A stretch of 64,000 nt of DNA, taken from positions 372,001 to 436,000 of the forward strand of contig OZ237758.1 of the NCBI GenBank assembly GCA_965178125.1. Reading direction: 5' to 3'. Position 1 is the first letter of the stretch, and each line of letters begins with the position of its first letter. The position numbers were made by a program, and so were the translations under genes. Origin of the DNA: Bilabrum cf. latius (Eukaryota). This document shows positions 1 through 12,451 of this stretch, in pieces. Below the pieces are notes generated by a model. It did no database searches, was not told the origin of the DNA, and saw only the letters and a list, made by a program, of their open reading frames with translations.

Positions 1-3000
1 CCCTCAGGTCGAAGCTCTTGGGCAGCTGCCTGGGGATGGTTGACTCAGTCTCCATGTCGCCAGAGTCTCGGCCATTCGCGAGGCTGCGGCTGCCCATCGC
101 ACCTGCGCCCACCGCGGCCGAGTCAACGCCTCTGCCACCTGGAATGCGCATGCCTGCCATGATGCCACCCAATCCACCAGCGTGCCCTCCATTGCTGCCG
201 CTGCCTCCCGCTGCGGTGGACATCCAGGCAGCCCTGCCAACGGGCGCCGAGGACCCCGCGTCTGTCACGCTCGTGGTGCTGACAAATGCGGCACCGACGT
301 GCGTGGACGCCCCGATGCTGCCTAGCGCGGACAGCCCGAGGACGTCGTCTGCTTTGCTGCCATGCACCGACAGCAACCCGTGATTAGGTGCCGGCTCCCG
401 CGCTGCTGAAGTCGGTCCGGGGGGCCACGAACCCGCAGCAGTCGCTGGTCCCGACTCGCTCTGGGCCGCAGCTCTGCCGCTGCGTGTGGACGGCACATCC
501 GCGCTGCCGACGCCAACTATCTCGCGGAAATTGGTCGAGCCTTGCGATGCGATAGACCCAGCCCTTCGCCTGCTCCCGCCCCCGCTCGCCACCGATCGGG
601 TGTCCAGCCCGAGCAGGATGGAATCCGTCCTGCGGAAGTCGTACGCCCCAGGGATACTGCCCACGCCCATGCTCCCCTCCGAGTCGGTGTCCAGGGAAGA
701 CGTCGACATGGCGAGGGGATCTAGTGCGCCGTCACCGCGATCCTGACCAAAGCCAGAAGCACGGGGTGCCGGAGGAATATTGCGACCAAGTGACCCGATT
801 GACCTCACCGACGCGCCGTCTGCGCCTTCTGAGCGTGCTCCTGACGACACGTGACGTCCCCGCCTGCCCCTGGCCACCTCGGTACCCTCATCCTCGTCCT
901 CATCATCATCCTCGTCCGATCCGCCCGCCGCACCGCTACCCCCCATTGACACCTGACCCGCAGAAGCATTGCGCTGGGTCGTGGGCTGCCCGTAAGGGGT
1001 GGAGCCCTCGGGCTCGTGCACGTCGTCGGTGCCTGCGTGCGCCGCGCCCGTAGGGCTGTCTGCAGGTCCGGGTGCCCCCGCCAGCAACCGGGTTGGCATC
1101 GCCGGGGTGTTCTCCTGCGTGTCGCTGCTGTGACTTCCTCTGCGCGCGGAATCCACGTGCGGGTCGTCGGGGCTGGGTCTGCTAAGTGCCGAGCCCGTTG
1201 GGTTGAGGAGCGAGTTGCTCGCGGCGAGCAGCCTTGCGAACATTGAGTCGCTCGTGTCCTTGGTGGAGCCGGCCTCCAGCACGGGAGACTGCACGCCCAG
1301 CCTGCCTCCTTTGGACCGCACCGAGCCGCCGTCATCCGCTAGCTCGATCCGCCCGAAGGACGAGTGCCATTCCCGCAGCCTGTGCAGCAGAGCCCCAAGG
1401 AGACCGGCCTCGCCCAGGTAAGCCGCCAGCTGCACTCCGTCCCAGCCCATGGCCTCCACCTCCAGTCCCGCCTTCCTCGCCCTGACCCTGAGGATGGATG
1501 CCGCGGTGTCTCCGCGCCCGCAAAGGAAGGCACGATGTGCTGCGGTCCTGCCGCGCCGGTCCTGCCTGGCCGGGTCAGCACCGCGCTCCATCAACCTGTC
1601 CACAGCCGCGTTGGCACCGCAGCTGGCGGCCAGCAACAGGGGTGTCGAGTACCGTATGCCGCATATCCTCGCAGCACGGCTGGCTGCAGGTACCAGCAAC
1701 GCATCGCTCAGCCTAGCTTCCTGCTCGTCGCTGATGCGGTCAGTGGCAGCCGACAGTATCCTGGACAGAGACACCTCGCCACTATCGCCCCCATCGTCGT
1801 CCCCGTAGGCATCATCGTCATTGCCACCACCCACACCGCCTCGCAAGGCGCCGTCACCAGCCCCTTGCTCCATGCTCCCGCTCCCGTACCCTGCCTCGGC
1901 CATGCTGCTCATGAACGCCAGCGCGGATGAAGACGGCCTCCCACTCGCACCGCCACCTGCACCACGGGACCCAGTCCCTACACTGGCCATTGGCTGTGGT
2001 CCTCTCGTTCGCTAGCCCGCCGGTGGGGGCAGGGAACTCTCATTCCCCAACTCATGCTCCTCGTCTCCTGACTCCATGGCTGCTCCTGCCCGGGCACGGG
2101 ACGCGGCTGGCGATCCTGTGCGAGCCCTACGTCCCTTGGGTGGTGGCTGCACCGACGCGCTCCCTGGAGCTAGCAGCCCCCGCACGTCCGTCCCAATGTC
2201 CATTCCCGTCATTTCCGCCGCTTCCGCCATGGAACCCTGGCCTTCCTGCGTCGGCGACGGTGGCGACATGCAGACGTCCACAGGGACACTCCGTCCTACG
2301 ATAGCCTCGCACATGGCTGGGTCATCGTTTGCGGCCGCTACGTGCAGGGGGCTAATGCCACGGTGTGACAGGCCCACGAGAAGGGCTCTAGCTAGATGCC
2401 CCGGGCATTCCAGCACTGACGAGAGGCTCTCGGACCCCGACACACTACCACCGCCGCTGCTGCTGCTGCTGCTCCCGCTTTCTGCTTCCCGCTGGCGCCG
2501 CTCTCGATTTCGATGCATGCTCATGGCTGCCTCCTGCGGCTCCAGGGCGCAAAAGGCAGCTGTGAGGACCGCTCGAAGACACGGGACTTGCTGGCATCCC
2601 GCGGCGCACCGCAGGGCTGCTCGCCACAAATCAGCGTCAGCAAGGGAAGCAGCGGTCGCTCGCCCTCGACCCTGACCCGGCTGCTGCGGCAGATCATCGT
2701 CGCTTAATCCTCCTAGGTCGGTATCTGGCGTGTCGCTGCTCGCACGCATACTCCCTAATAAACCCTGGTCGCCAATGTCCCAGCCTTGTGCTGCACCGCC
2801 AGACTAGCTCGACCTCGAACCGACCCTCGAAGATATCCCAGCATCATCCGAGGCATCGTGCGCCCTGTACACATCATCGATGTTGAATCTTTCTAATCCA
2901 GTTACTGTGGCAAACATGGATTCGCTTGCCTAGGCTTCGCCGATCCCATTCCCGGACGAGCAGGGGTATAGGTCCAATTTGGTACTGCCGCTGTTTTCGC

Positions 3001-3346
3001 TGCGTCCACCGGTTGGACGATACGGATTTGTCACTTCGCCTTGTGGCTAAGTGTTCATACTTGCTGCATCTGGTGGGTACAGTTGCATAGCTTGCCGCAA
3101 TAATCTGCGTCCAATGCCATCGAAGAGGCTGCCTGCCCCAACTGCAGCAGCCCCAAGGATGCAATTATCAGGGACCCCATGAACCAGTGCTGTGCTGCTC
3201 ATCATATCAATTACATTCTGCGTCGCTGAAAGGATTCGGTCAACCTCAGTCTCTTGTACAGCGGCAATAGCTCGTCGCAAGCGGGCGACAGAAATGCGAG
3301 GCTGTTGCAGGCCCTTCCTTCCAGCCGAAGGATAGCTGTCACTCAT
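1..3346 (-). CDS. Ankyrin-repeat protein with low-complexity regions (3' end runs off the window; TAG read as sense)
   Basis: One frame runs from ATG 3346 to the window edge with no TAA/TGA, only TAG at 3047, 2930, 2804 and 2012. Ankyrin-like motifs: GISPLHVAAANDDPAMCEAIV and YSTPLLLAASCGANAAVDRLMERGADPARQDRRGRTAAHRA. An in-frame TAA at 3386 bounds the 5' end. Confidence 0.75.
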
Positions 3347-3816
3347 GCCTAGCTCCTGTGAAAACTACCGCTTGAATGCGAAACCTTAATGCTTTCAGTT
3401 GTTTGACAAGTGTACTCTGGGTTGCCTCGCCGCATCTGAAACTGAGCAAGTATTCGGGTTTGTTGCGAGCTGTTTTCAGTTGCCGGCGCTCGCGTCGCTG
3501 GGTGGCCAAGAGTGGACTGCAGCTCGTCGGATATGGAAGTGTGTTCGATTTGGCTCATGCTGAAGGGTAATTTGAACACTTGCTTACCTATTTGTGAGTG
3601 TGGCTCTCGTTGGTTGCTGGCACGGGGCCACATCCAGCCCCGCCCATCACTGTCCACCCACTGGCAGGAACCACCGCTTTGTTCAGGCCAGGCAACGCTA
3701 CCAGGCAGCAGTCTTCACTGCCACACTCCATGGGGCTGATAGTAGGAGGCCATGAACGTACATGTGAGCTAAAAGCACAACTGATCTCAAACAACCGTCT
3801 GCCAATGATACAGTCC

Positions 3817-3983
3817 GTTATGCTCCTTTAGGTGCCGGTCAATGTGTAGCCTGTGTATGTGCACGCAACTGAGCCGATACCAGACGGCCGTCAGGCGTGG
3901 CTCAGCTCCTCACTCCTATCAAGAAATAGTACGCACCGCTCAAGCGTGAGTAAACATGACAAGCGCTAGACTTGTTTCAAACA
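3817..3983 (+). repeat. Split direct repeat A, copy 1 (167 bp)
   Basis: gttatgctcctttaggtgcc...cttgtttcaaaca, repeated at 11408 and 18999. Confidence 0.95.
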
Positions 3984-4239
3984 GTGCTTACTTCCGCATG
4001 CTGCGGCTTTGGTGTGTGTCTCAATCCCGGCCTCCGGGTGGGTAGCAACGGGCAGCGGGCGTGCGCCCGCTTTCCCGCCGCCCTCGCCCCAGGTGATACC
4101 ATGGTGTCGCTGCCCTGCGTATTTAGTTATTGTAGGATTTTTCTTGTCTCTTGCTAGAGTCGGATGTCGCCGGCCGCTGGCCCCGCGGCTGCGGCCGTGC
4201 TGTTATGTGATTGTCCGTTCACTGTGCTCGCACCATCAA

Positions 4240-4860
4240 TGTGCTTGACCTTCCGTCGGGCTGGGCTCTCCCAGTGCCGGCCGGGGGTCATAATATGTTG
4301 GAATGGAAGAGTTCTTTAGCTTGATTATGCTGCACGCTGCAGCAAGTCCTTCCCCCGCGCATTCCGCACGCATGCGGTTTGCCGGTGGGTTCCGGACGGC
4401 GCCCTGCATTCGCGAGGTTTTGCCCCATCGGTGCAGGGCATGCTCATGTGTCATGAGTTGCTTTTCTCTTGCTGCTGCAAGACAGGGGTTGTACCCTCCG
4501 CACTCGCACAGCCTTGCGGCTTTGGTTGGACAGCGTCCTCCCTTCAATGGGCTCAGAGTGTGCTTGACCTTCCGTCGGGCTGGGCTCTCCCAGTGCCGGT
4601 CGGGGGTCATAATATGTTGGAATGGAAGAGTTCTTTAGCTTGATTATGCTGCACGCTGCAGCAGGTCCTTCCCCCGCGCATTCCGCACGCATGCGGTTTG
4701 CCGGTGGGTTCCGGACGGCGCCCTGCATTCGCGAGGTTTTGCCCCATCGGTGCAGGGCATGCGCATGTGTCATGAGTTGCTTTTCTCTTGCTGCTGCAAG
4801 ACAGGGGTTGTACCCTCCGCACTCGCACAGCCTTGCGGCTTTGGTTGGACAGCGTCCTCC
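4240..4860. repeat. Internal ~319-bp tandem duplication, element unit 1
   Basis: tgtgcttgaccttccgtcggg... starts at 4240 and again at 4559, with few substitutions. Confidence 0.9.
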
Positions 4861-6644
4861 ATTCAATTTGCTCTGTCTGGCCCCGCGCGGGGTCCAGCAC
4901 CTGCCCCACCAGCATGCGCTGACTTCCTTGCACCTATCTCTTCTAGCAGAGTGCCGAATATGCAGAACGCGGACCCGGTGGCTTCGTCCCGACCACCAGT
5001 CGGGCCCGGAGGGCGGCCAGGCTGACCCAGCAGCAGGCGCTCAGGACGCGGGCCAGGCTGTGGCCGACCCGGAGCGGTACCGGCTCCTCGCTGCATTTCA
5101 TAACCGGCCGGCCGGCCTCTTGGCGGAGGCCACGCAAGCGGCTCGTGAGAAATAGTATACCCCGGACTCAACGGAATATGGTGTTGGACCTTACGGTGGA
5201 CGATGAACACCGGCCCTGAGGCAACGATGCCACAGGTGCAGGCGCAAGCATATTCGCCGCAGCGGCAGTGCTTGCCGTGCCGGCCGGCCCACCTCGTGCG
5301 CGTTTCACGGCAGCAGTCTCGGAACGTCCACAAGGCCTGGCCTACCACCAGTGACTCGGCCCAGACTGGCCTTGTGCTAGCTCGGCTTGATGCAGCTGCT
5401 TGCTGTTTGCCTTGACCGGCTAGGGCGCAAACCTTGCCTCGGGTTTGCTCGGCTTGTGTGCCTTATCGTGCAGATGCACACTGCTTGGCTGTCACATTCT
5501 TGACGACAGGCTGGCCTGGTGCTGGCTTAGCTTGAGCACATCGTAATGCAGCTGCTTGCTGCTTGCATTGAATTAGTGGCTCCGGCACGGTCAGCTGTTC
5601 GTTCGCGAACGTTCAGCTTCTCCCGGATCCAAACACAGACTGGCTTCGTGCTTGCTCGACTTGCTCGCCGTGCAGTGCAACAGCCCGCTACTTGCTCTGC
5701 CTAGCTCCACCACAGACACGCATCGCGCTGGTGACGACGTTGGGGTCGGGTAGTGCACCCACTAGGTCTCTGACTTGCTCGCCCCGGCTTCGATGACCTC
5801 GCGCCTACTTGGGTAGCTGCTCGCTGCTTGGCGTGCTTGACTTGGCAAGTGTGCCTTCTGCTTGCATGGATTGTGAGCCTTGCACTGCAGCTTCTTGCGG
5901 CTTGCGGTGACTGGCTTGGCCCACGACTCGCCGGGTACTGACTTGACTCGGCTTGAAAGCCTCATATTGCAGCTGCTCGCTGGTTATTTTGAGATTATGG
6001 CTCGCCCATGGATAGGCCTCGTGCTTGCTCGGCGCGAGGGCATTCAGTGCAGCTGCTTGCTGGCTGGCTTAGCCTAGATCCGCGGCACACAGTTTCTGCA
6101 CGCCTGTAATGTACAGTTGCATCCGTGCGTGTTGCATCAGATAGCTCGAATTGTACGGCGGATGCTATCTTAGTATCGTATGGAGGCGAGTGATCCCCAC
6201 GATGATGATTCATTGCTGCTCGCCGCAGTTGAGTCCGTCATGATTCTCAAGCAATGCGAACGACGGAAGCTCGGCCATGTGTGCTCCGCCGATAGTCGCT
6301 ACGAACTTTGACTGGCTCTGCAACAGATTGGCATCGTACTTGCTCGGCTTGAGAGCCCTGTATCGCGACTGCTCAATGCTTGCCTATACTGATTGGCTCA
6401 GCCTCACGCGTGCCTCGTGCTGGCTCGGCTGGATGGATGGAGCCTTGTATGGCAGCGGATTGCTGCTTGCCTTCGGTGAGCGGCTCAGCAGCGACTAGAA
6501 TTGTGCTTGCTCGGCGCAAGAGCGCAGGGAAGTGTGGCTGCTCGCGGCCTGCCTTGGTTGCCTCGGCCGCAGCGGTGTCTCGTACCTCTTCGGCGTGTAA
6601 GCCTCGAAGTGCAGCTCAATCGCTGCTTGCTTTGACTTATTGGC

Positions 6645-9600
6645 TCGGCCACAGATTGGCCTTGTGCTTGCTCGACTTGCTAGTCTTGCATTGCAGCTGA
6701 TCGCCATAGCTCGAGTGGCTCTGCCATACATCGGCATAGCTTGCGAGTCTTGCATTGCAGCTGATCGCTGCTTGGCTCGATAGGCATACTGCTTGCCCGG
6801 CTTGCGAGCCTCGCAGTGGCAGTGTAGCTGGACGCTGCTTTACTTGGCTTGGCAACAGACTGGCCCGGTGCTTGCTCGACTTGCTAGTCTTGCATTGCAG
6901 CTGATCGCCATAGCTTGAGTGGCTCCGCCATGCATCGGCATAGCTCGCGAGTCTTGCATTGCAGCTGATCGCTGCTTGGCTCGATAGGCATACTGCTTGC
7001 CCGGCTTGCGAGCCTCGCAGTGGCAGTGTAGCTGACCGCTGTTTGACTTGGCTTGGCCACAGACTGGCCCGGTGCTTGCTCGACTTGCGAGTCTTGCATT
7101 GCAGCTGATCGCCATAGCTCGAGTGGCTCTGCCATACATCGGCATAGCTTGCGAGTCTTGCATTGCAGCTGATCGCTGCTTGGCTCGATAGGCATACTGC
7201 TTGCCCGGCTTGCGAGCCTCGCAGTGGCAGTGTAGCTGGACGCTGCTTTACTTGGCTTGGCCACAGACTGGCCCGGTGCTTGCTCGACTTGCGAGTCTTG
7301 CATTGCAGCTGATCGCCATAGCTCGAGTGGCTCTGCCATCCATCGGCATAGCTTGCGAGTCTTGCATTGCAGCTGATCGCTGCTTGGCTCGATAGGCATA
7401 CTGCTAGCCCGGTTTGCGAGCCTCGCAGTGGCAGTGTAGCTGACCGCTGTTTGACTTGGCTTGGCCACAGACTGGCCTTGTGCTTGCTCGACTTGCTAGT
7501 CTTGCATTGCAGCTGATCGCCATAGCTCGAGTGGCTCGGCCAGACTGCATTCCTGCTGGATAAGCAGATTCGACAAGGCGTCATGCTGACGACTCATTGC
7601 AGCCCGGGCGGTGCCCGGGCGACCAGACTTTGCCAAGACTGGCTCGAGCGGCTGCGCCCGTTCCAATAGCGCAAGGTGGTGGTGCACTGGCTGACCTGCC
7701 TTGAAGGTGCAGTCTCTGCGGCCACCACCCCCCGCCCACGCCATCCCCCGACCTTCCGGCGCCTGCTAGCGATGAGGCATGACACGCATTCGCACTGATG
7801 AGGCAGCATGCATGATTCAGGCAGTATCCGAGGAAGCTGATGACACGCGTGCTGCACGCCGCTCGACTTGCAGGTCTTGCATTGCAGCTGATCGCTGCTT
7901 GGCTCGATAGGCATACTGCTTGCCCGGCTTGCGAGCCTCGCAGTGGCAGTGTAGCTGGCCGCTACTTGACTTGGCTTGGCAACAGATTGGCCTTGTGCTT
8001 GCTCGACTTGCGAGTCTTGCATTGCAGCTGATCGCCATAGCTCGAGTGGCTCGGCCAGACTGCATTCCTGCTGGATAAGCAGATTCGAGAAGGCGTCATG
8101 CTGACGGCTCATTGCAGCCCGGGCGGTGCCCGGGCGACCAGACTTTGCCAAGACTGGCTCGAGCGGCTGCGCCCGTTCCAATAGCGCAAGGTGGTGGTGC
8201 ACTGGCTGACCTGCCTTGAAGGTGCAGTCTCTGCGGCCACCACCCCCCGCCCACGCCATCCCCCGACCTTCCGGCGCCTGCTAGCGATGAGGCGTGACAC
8301 GCATTCGCACTGATGAGGCAGCATGCATGATTCAGGCAGTATCCGAGGAAGCTGATGACACGCGTGCTGCACGCCGCTCGACTTGCAGGTCTTGCATTGC
8401 AGCTGATCGCTGCTTGGCTCGATAGGCATACTGCTTGCCCGGCTTGCGAGCCTCGCAGTGGCAGTGTAGCTGGACGCTGCTTGACTTGGCTTGGCAACAG
8501 ATTGGCCTTGTGCTTGCTCGACTTGCTAGTCTTGCATTGCAGCTGATCGCCATAGCTCGAGTGGCTCTGCCATACATCGGCATAGTGCTTGCTAGTCTTG
8601 CATTGCAGCTGATCGCTGCTTGGCTCGATAGGCATACTGCTTGCCCGGCTTGCGAGCCTCGCAGTGGCAGTGTAGCTGACCGCTGCTTGACTTGGCTTGG
8701 CAACAGATTGGCCTTGTGCTTGCTCGACTTGCTAGTCTTGCATTGCAGCTGATCGCCATAGCTCGAGTGGCTCTGCCATACATCGGCATAGTGCTTGCGA
8801 GTCTTGCATTGCAGCTGATCGCTGCTTGGCTCGATAGGCACACTGCTTGCCCGGCTTGCGAGCCTCGCAGTGGCAGTGTAGCTGACCGCTGCTTGACTTG
8901 GCTTGGCAACAGATTGGCCTTGTGCTTGCTCGACTTGCTAGTCTTGCATTGCAGCTGATCGCCATAGCTCGAGTGGCTCTGCCATACATCGGCATAGCTT
9001 GCGAGTCTTGCATTGCAGCTGATCGCTGCTTGGCTCGATAGGCACACTGCTTGCCCGGCTTGCGAGCCTCGCAGTGGCAGTGTAGCTGACCGCTGCTTTA
9101 CTTGGCTTGGCCACAGACTGGCCCGGTGCTTGCTCGACTTGCTAGTCTTGCATTGCAGCTGATCGCCATAGCTCGAGTGGCTCTGCCATACATCGGCATA
9201 GCTCGCGAGTCTTGCATTGCAGCTGATCGCTGCTTGGCTCGATAGGCATAATGCTTGCCCGGCTTGCGAGCCTCGCAGTGGCAGTGTAGCTGGACGCTGC
9301 TTGACTTGGCTTGGCAACAGACTGGCCCGGTGCTTGCTCGACTTGCTAGTCTTGCATTGCAGCTGATCGCCATAGCTCGAGTGGCTCTGCCATACATCGG
9401 CATAGCTTGCGAGTCTTGCATTGCAGCTGATCGCTGCTTGGCTCGATAGGCATAATGCTTGCCCGGCTTGCGAGCCTCGCAGTGGCAGTGTAGCTGGACG
9501 CTGCTTGACTTGGCTTGGCCACAGACTGGCCCGGTGCTTGCTCGACTTGCTAGTCTTGCATTGCAGCTGATCGCCATAGCTTGAGTGGCTCTGCCAGACT
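6645..9600. repeat. 204/206-bp satellite array inside element unit 1, including a duplicated 515-bp block
   Basis: Period 204 (e.g. 6681 to 6885). Each unit holds GTCTTGCATTGCAGCTGATCGC twice, 64 and 140 bp apart. A 515-bp block starting at ~7540 repeats from ~8055. Degenerate versions of the motif extend back to ~5355. Confidence 0.95.
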
Positions 9601-9751
9601 GCATTTCTGCTGGAAAAGCAGATTCGACAAGGCGTCATGCTGACAGCTCAGTGCAGCCCGAGCGGTGCGCGGGCGAAGAAGCTGAGGACACGCGTGCTGC
9701 ACGCCGCTCTCGACAAGAGTCGGCAATGCTCTCGCACCAGCCGGTGGGCGC

Positions 9752-10480
9752 ATGGCGGTACCACGGATAAGTACATCGACAAGATTGTGGCTTGCGGTTT
9801 CCAGCCAGATCGCAGCTATCGAACAGGCGCAAGGCTTGCTGAACATGCGCACGACCAGGCAGCCCGTGCTCCTGCCACAATTAGTCCTCTCCGTGCTCAA
9901 GTTCTGCAATGACGGCGACTTAAGAGATGTACGGTGTTCGGGACGATGCTAGCGTGGGGGCTTGGCTTCGGCAGCCGCAACTTCGAGCTAATTAACCTCA
10001 AGCATGAGGAGGTCCACATCGCCTGTTCGGGGCCTGTACCGGTTTTCGTGCTCACGCCAAGACAGGGGCGGGTCGATCCGATTAGGCCTATGCCGTCACG
10101 GCTCCCGGCTGTTCGAGGGGGCGAGATTCAGTCGTAGGCTAAAGTATACCTATGCCCTCGATTCTGGCAGGTCGCATGATCCAAGATGGCTGCTCGCCTC
10201 TCACGCGTACCATCGACCACGTCTTTCCCAACTTTGGTGTGTCGCCCCCTGTGCCATACACGTATGCAACGTGGAGAGCCCAGTGGGACGAGCTGCTGCG
10301 CAGCTGCGACCTCCCGCCATCGGGGACCCACACTCCCAGAAGGACGGGTGCCACGCTGTTCGTGGACAGTAGAATCCGGATTATTGGCGCGATCTACGTC
10401 AGATTTTCGGCTGGTCGCCGCAATCCAGCATGCCAGCGGTGTATGCTGAATCAGGTTCTTCAGCGACAGACTAGGCAGTG
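9752..10480 (+). pseudogene. Tyrosine recombinase pseudogene (three frameshifts), element unit 1
   Basis: Successive frames give GLLNMRTTRQPVLLPQLVLSVL / FGTMLAWGLGFGSRNFELINLKHEEVHI (R ~9976) / GTHTPRRTGAT (HxxR ~10329-10340) / DLRQIFGWSPQSSMPAVY (W, Tyr ~10442). These match the R...HxxR...W...Y catalytic signature. Confidence 0.8.
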
Positions 10481-11233
10481 CTCGAAGCACGACGGCGTAC
10501 TGCAGTACGCATGGAACGGGCCCCACCCCGGACTCCGCACCGCTCCTTTCGGAACAACCTTTGCGTCCTCCAGCACGAAGGGGCCGCCATTTTCGGCAAA
10601 TCTGGCCTCTTCGGGACGATTCGAGGCCAGCGAAACCGAGCAGCCGGGTCACAGGCACCTGTACCGGACAAGCACAGCGCACCAGAAGGTCGCCAAACTG
10701 CGGCTTCGCACGCAGGGACCCAAGCACAGGGCCATCACCCAGCGGAAGCAACCGTTGGGAAAACGCAATTACGGCTAGACAGCCAACAGCGAGGAACGGC
10801 AGCTGCCGAGGACGACTCCGACAGCAACACGGGGGGTCAAGCAAGCGACCGCGACCTGTTGCGCACAGCTGAGCTTCGTCAACGCGGCGCAAGACCCCAT
10901 CCAATGCAAGTCGCTGGCCGGTCTGCAGTAGCGACGCTTCGGCAGTCAACAGCGGCACTGGGCACAGTGACGGACGAACCGCACCGAGTGGGCGAGCGAC
11001 AGTCAGCGCGACTGGTCGCAAGGGCCCGGATAAGATAGAACGGCTTGGGCTAACTAGCTGATGCATCAGTATTTGTCAAGCGATTGGCACTACGCTTAGT
11101 GCCAGGTGTCGTGCTACACGACTTATTGTGTATTTGTCATGCGACATAATGCTACACCTTGCTAAGGTGCCCCCAGAGTTTGGTAATGAGCCACACACGT
11201 CTTGGCGAGAGGCAGCCACTGCGCGGCAGCATG

Positions 11234-11574
11234 GTGCAGCTCGCAGCTCGTGTAGCACCCCACGAACGGCCATCGAGGCCGACGTGGTAGGTGCGAGCCG
11301 CGAGGGCCGCTAGCTGGCGGCCCCTCACCAGCTCAAACCAAACTACTGAGGGTAGGTGGAGGTGGTTTATCCACCGCCACTAAGTGCAATATACACGGAA
11401 TCCATTGGTTATGCTCCTTTAGGTGCCGGTCAATGTGTAGCCTGTGTATGTGCACGCAACTGAGCCGATACCAGACGGCCGTCAGGCGTGGCTCAGCTCC
11501 TCACTCCTATCAAGAAATAGTACGCACCGCTCAAGCGTGAGTAAACATGACAAGCGCTAGACTTGTTTCAAACA
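11234..11574 (+). repeat. B (174 bp) + A (167 bp) repeat junction between the two element units
   Basis: B gtgcagctcgcagc...acacggaatccattg is directly followed by A. Confidence 0.95.
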
Positions 11575-11830
11575 GTGCTTACTTCCGCATGCTGCGGCTT
11601 TGGTGTGTGTCTCAATCCCGGCCTCCGGGTGGGTAGCAACGGGCAGCGGGCGTGCGCCCGCTTTCCCGCCGCCCTCGCCCCAGGTGATACCATGGTGTCG
11701 CTGCCCTGCGTATTTAGTTATTGTAGGATTTTTCTTGTCTCTTGCTAGAGTCGGATGTCGCCGGCCGCTGGCCCCGCGGCTGCGGCCGTGCTGTTATGTG
11801 ATTGTCCGTTCACTGTGCTCGCACCATCAA

Positions 11831-12451
11831 TGTGCTTGACCTTCCGTCGGGCTGGGCTCTCCCAGTGCCGGCCGGGGGTCATAATATGTTGGAATGGAAG
11901 AGTTCTTTAGCTTGATTATGCTGCACGCTGCAGCAAGTCCTTCCCCCGCGCATTCCGCACGCATGCGGTTTGCCGGTGGGTTCCGGACGGCGCCCTGCAT
12001 TCGCGAGGTTTTGCCCCATCGGTGCAGGGCATGCTCATGTGTCATGAGTTGCTTTTCTCTTGCTGCTGCAAGACAGGGGTTGTACCCTCCGCACTCGCAC
12101 AGCCTTGCGGCTTTGGTTGGACAGCGTCCTCCCTTCAATGGGCTCAGAGTGTGCTTGACCTTCCGTCGGGCTGGGCTCTCCCAGTGCCGGTCGGGGGTCA
12201 TAATATGTTGGAATGGAAGAGTTCTTTAGCTTGATTATGCTGCACGCTGCAGCAGGTCCTTCCCCCGCGCATTCCGCACGCATGCGGTTTGCCGGTGGGT
12301 TCCGGACGGCGCCCTGCATTCGCGAGGTTTTGCCCCATCGGTGCAGGGCATGCGCATGTGTCATGAGTTGCTTTTCTCTTGCTGCTGCAAGACAGGGGTT
12401 GTACCCTCCGCACTCGCACAGCCTTGCGGCTTTGGTTGGACAGCGTCCTCC
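11831..12451. repeat. Internal ~319-bp tandem duplication, element unit 2
   Basis: Same as 4240-4860 at offset +7591. Confidence 0.9.

Noticed and set aside
4622-5210. Possible gag-like ORF of the element
   Set aside because: Fragmented by TGA and the 319-bp duplication, with no zinc knuckle or other diagnostic motif. It cannot be supported.
6645-9600. CRISPR-like appearance: 22-bp repeat GTCTTGCATTGCAGCTGATCGC with intervening sequences
   Set aside because: The intervening 42- and 118-bp segments are themselves repeated rather than unique spacers, there are no cas genes, and the context is eukaryotic. It is a satellite.
6637-9638. Minus-strand ORFs with 68-aa repeats (315 and 348 aa)
   Set aside because: These follow from a 204-bp period divisible by 3. 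The 206-bp units and inserts break the frame, and no recognisable domain is present.
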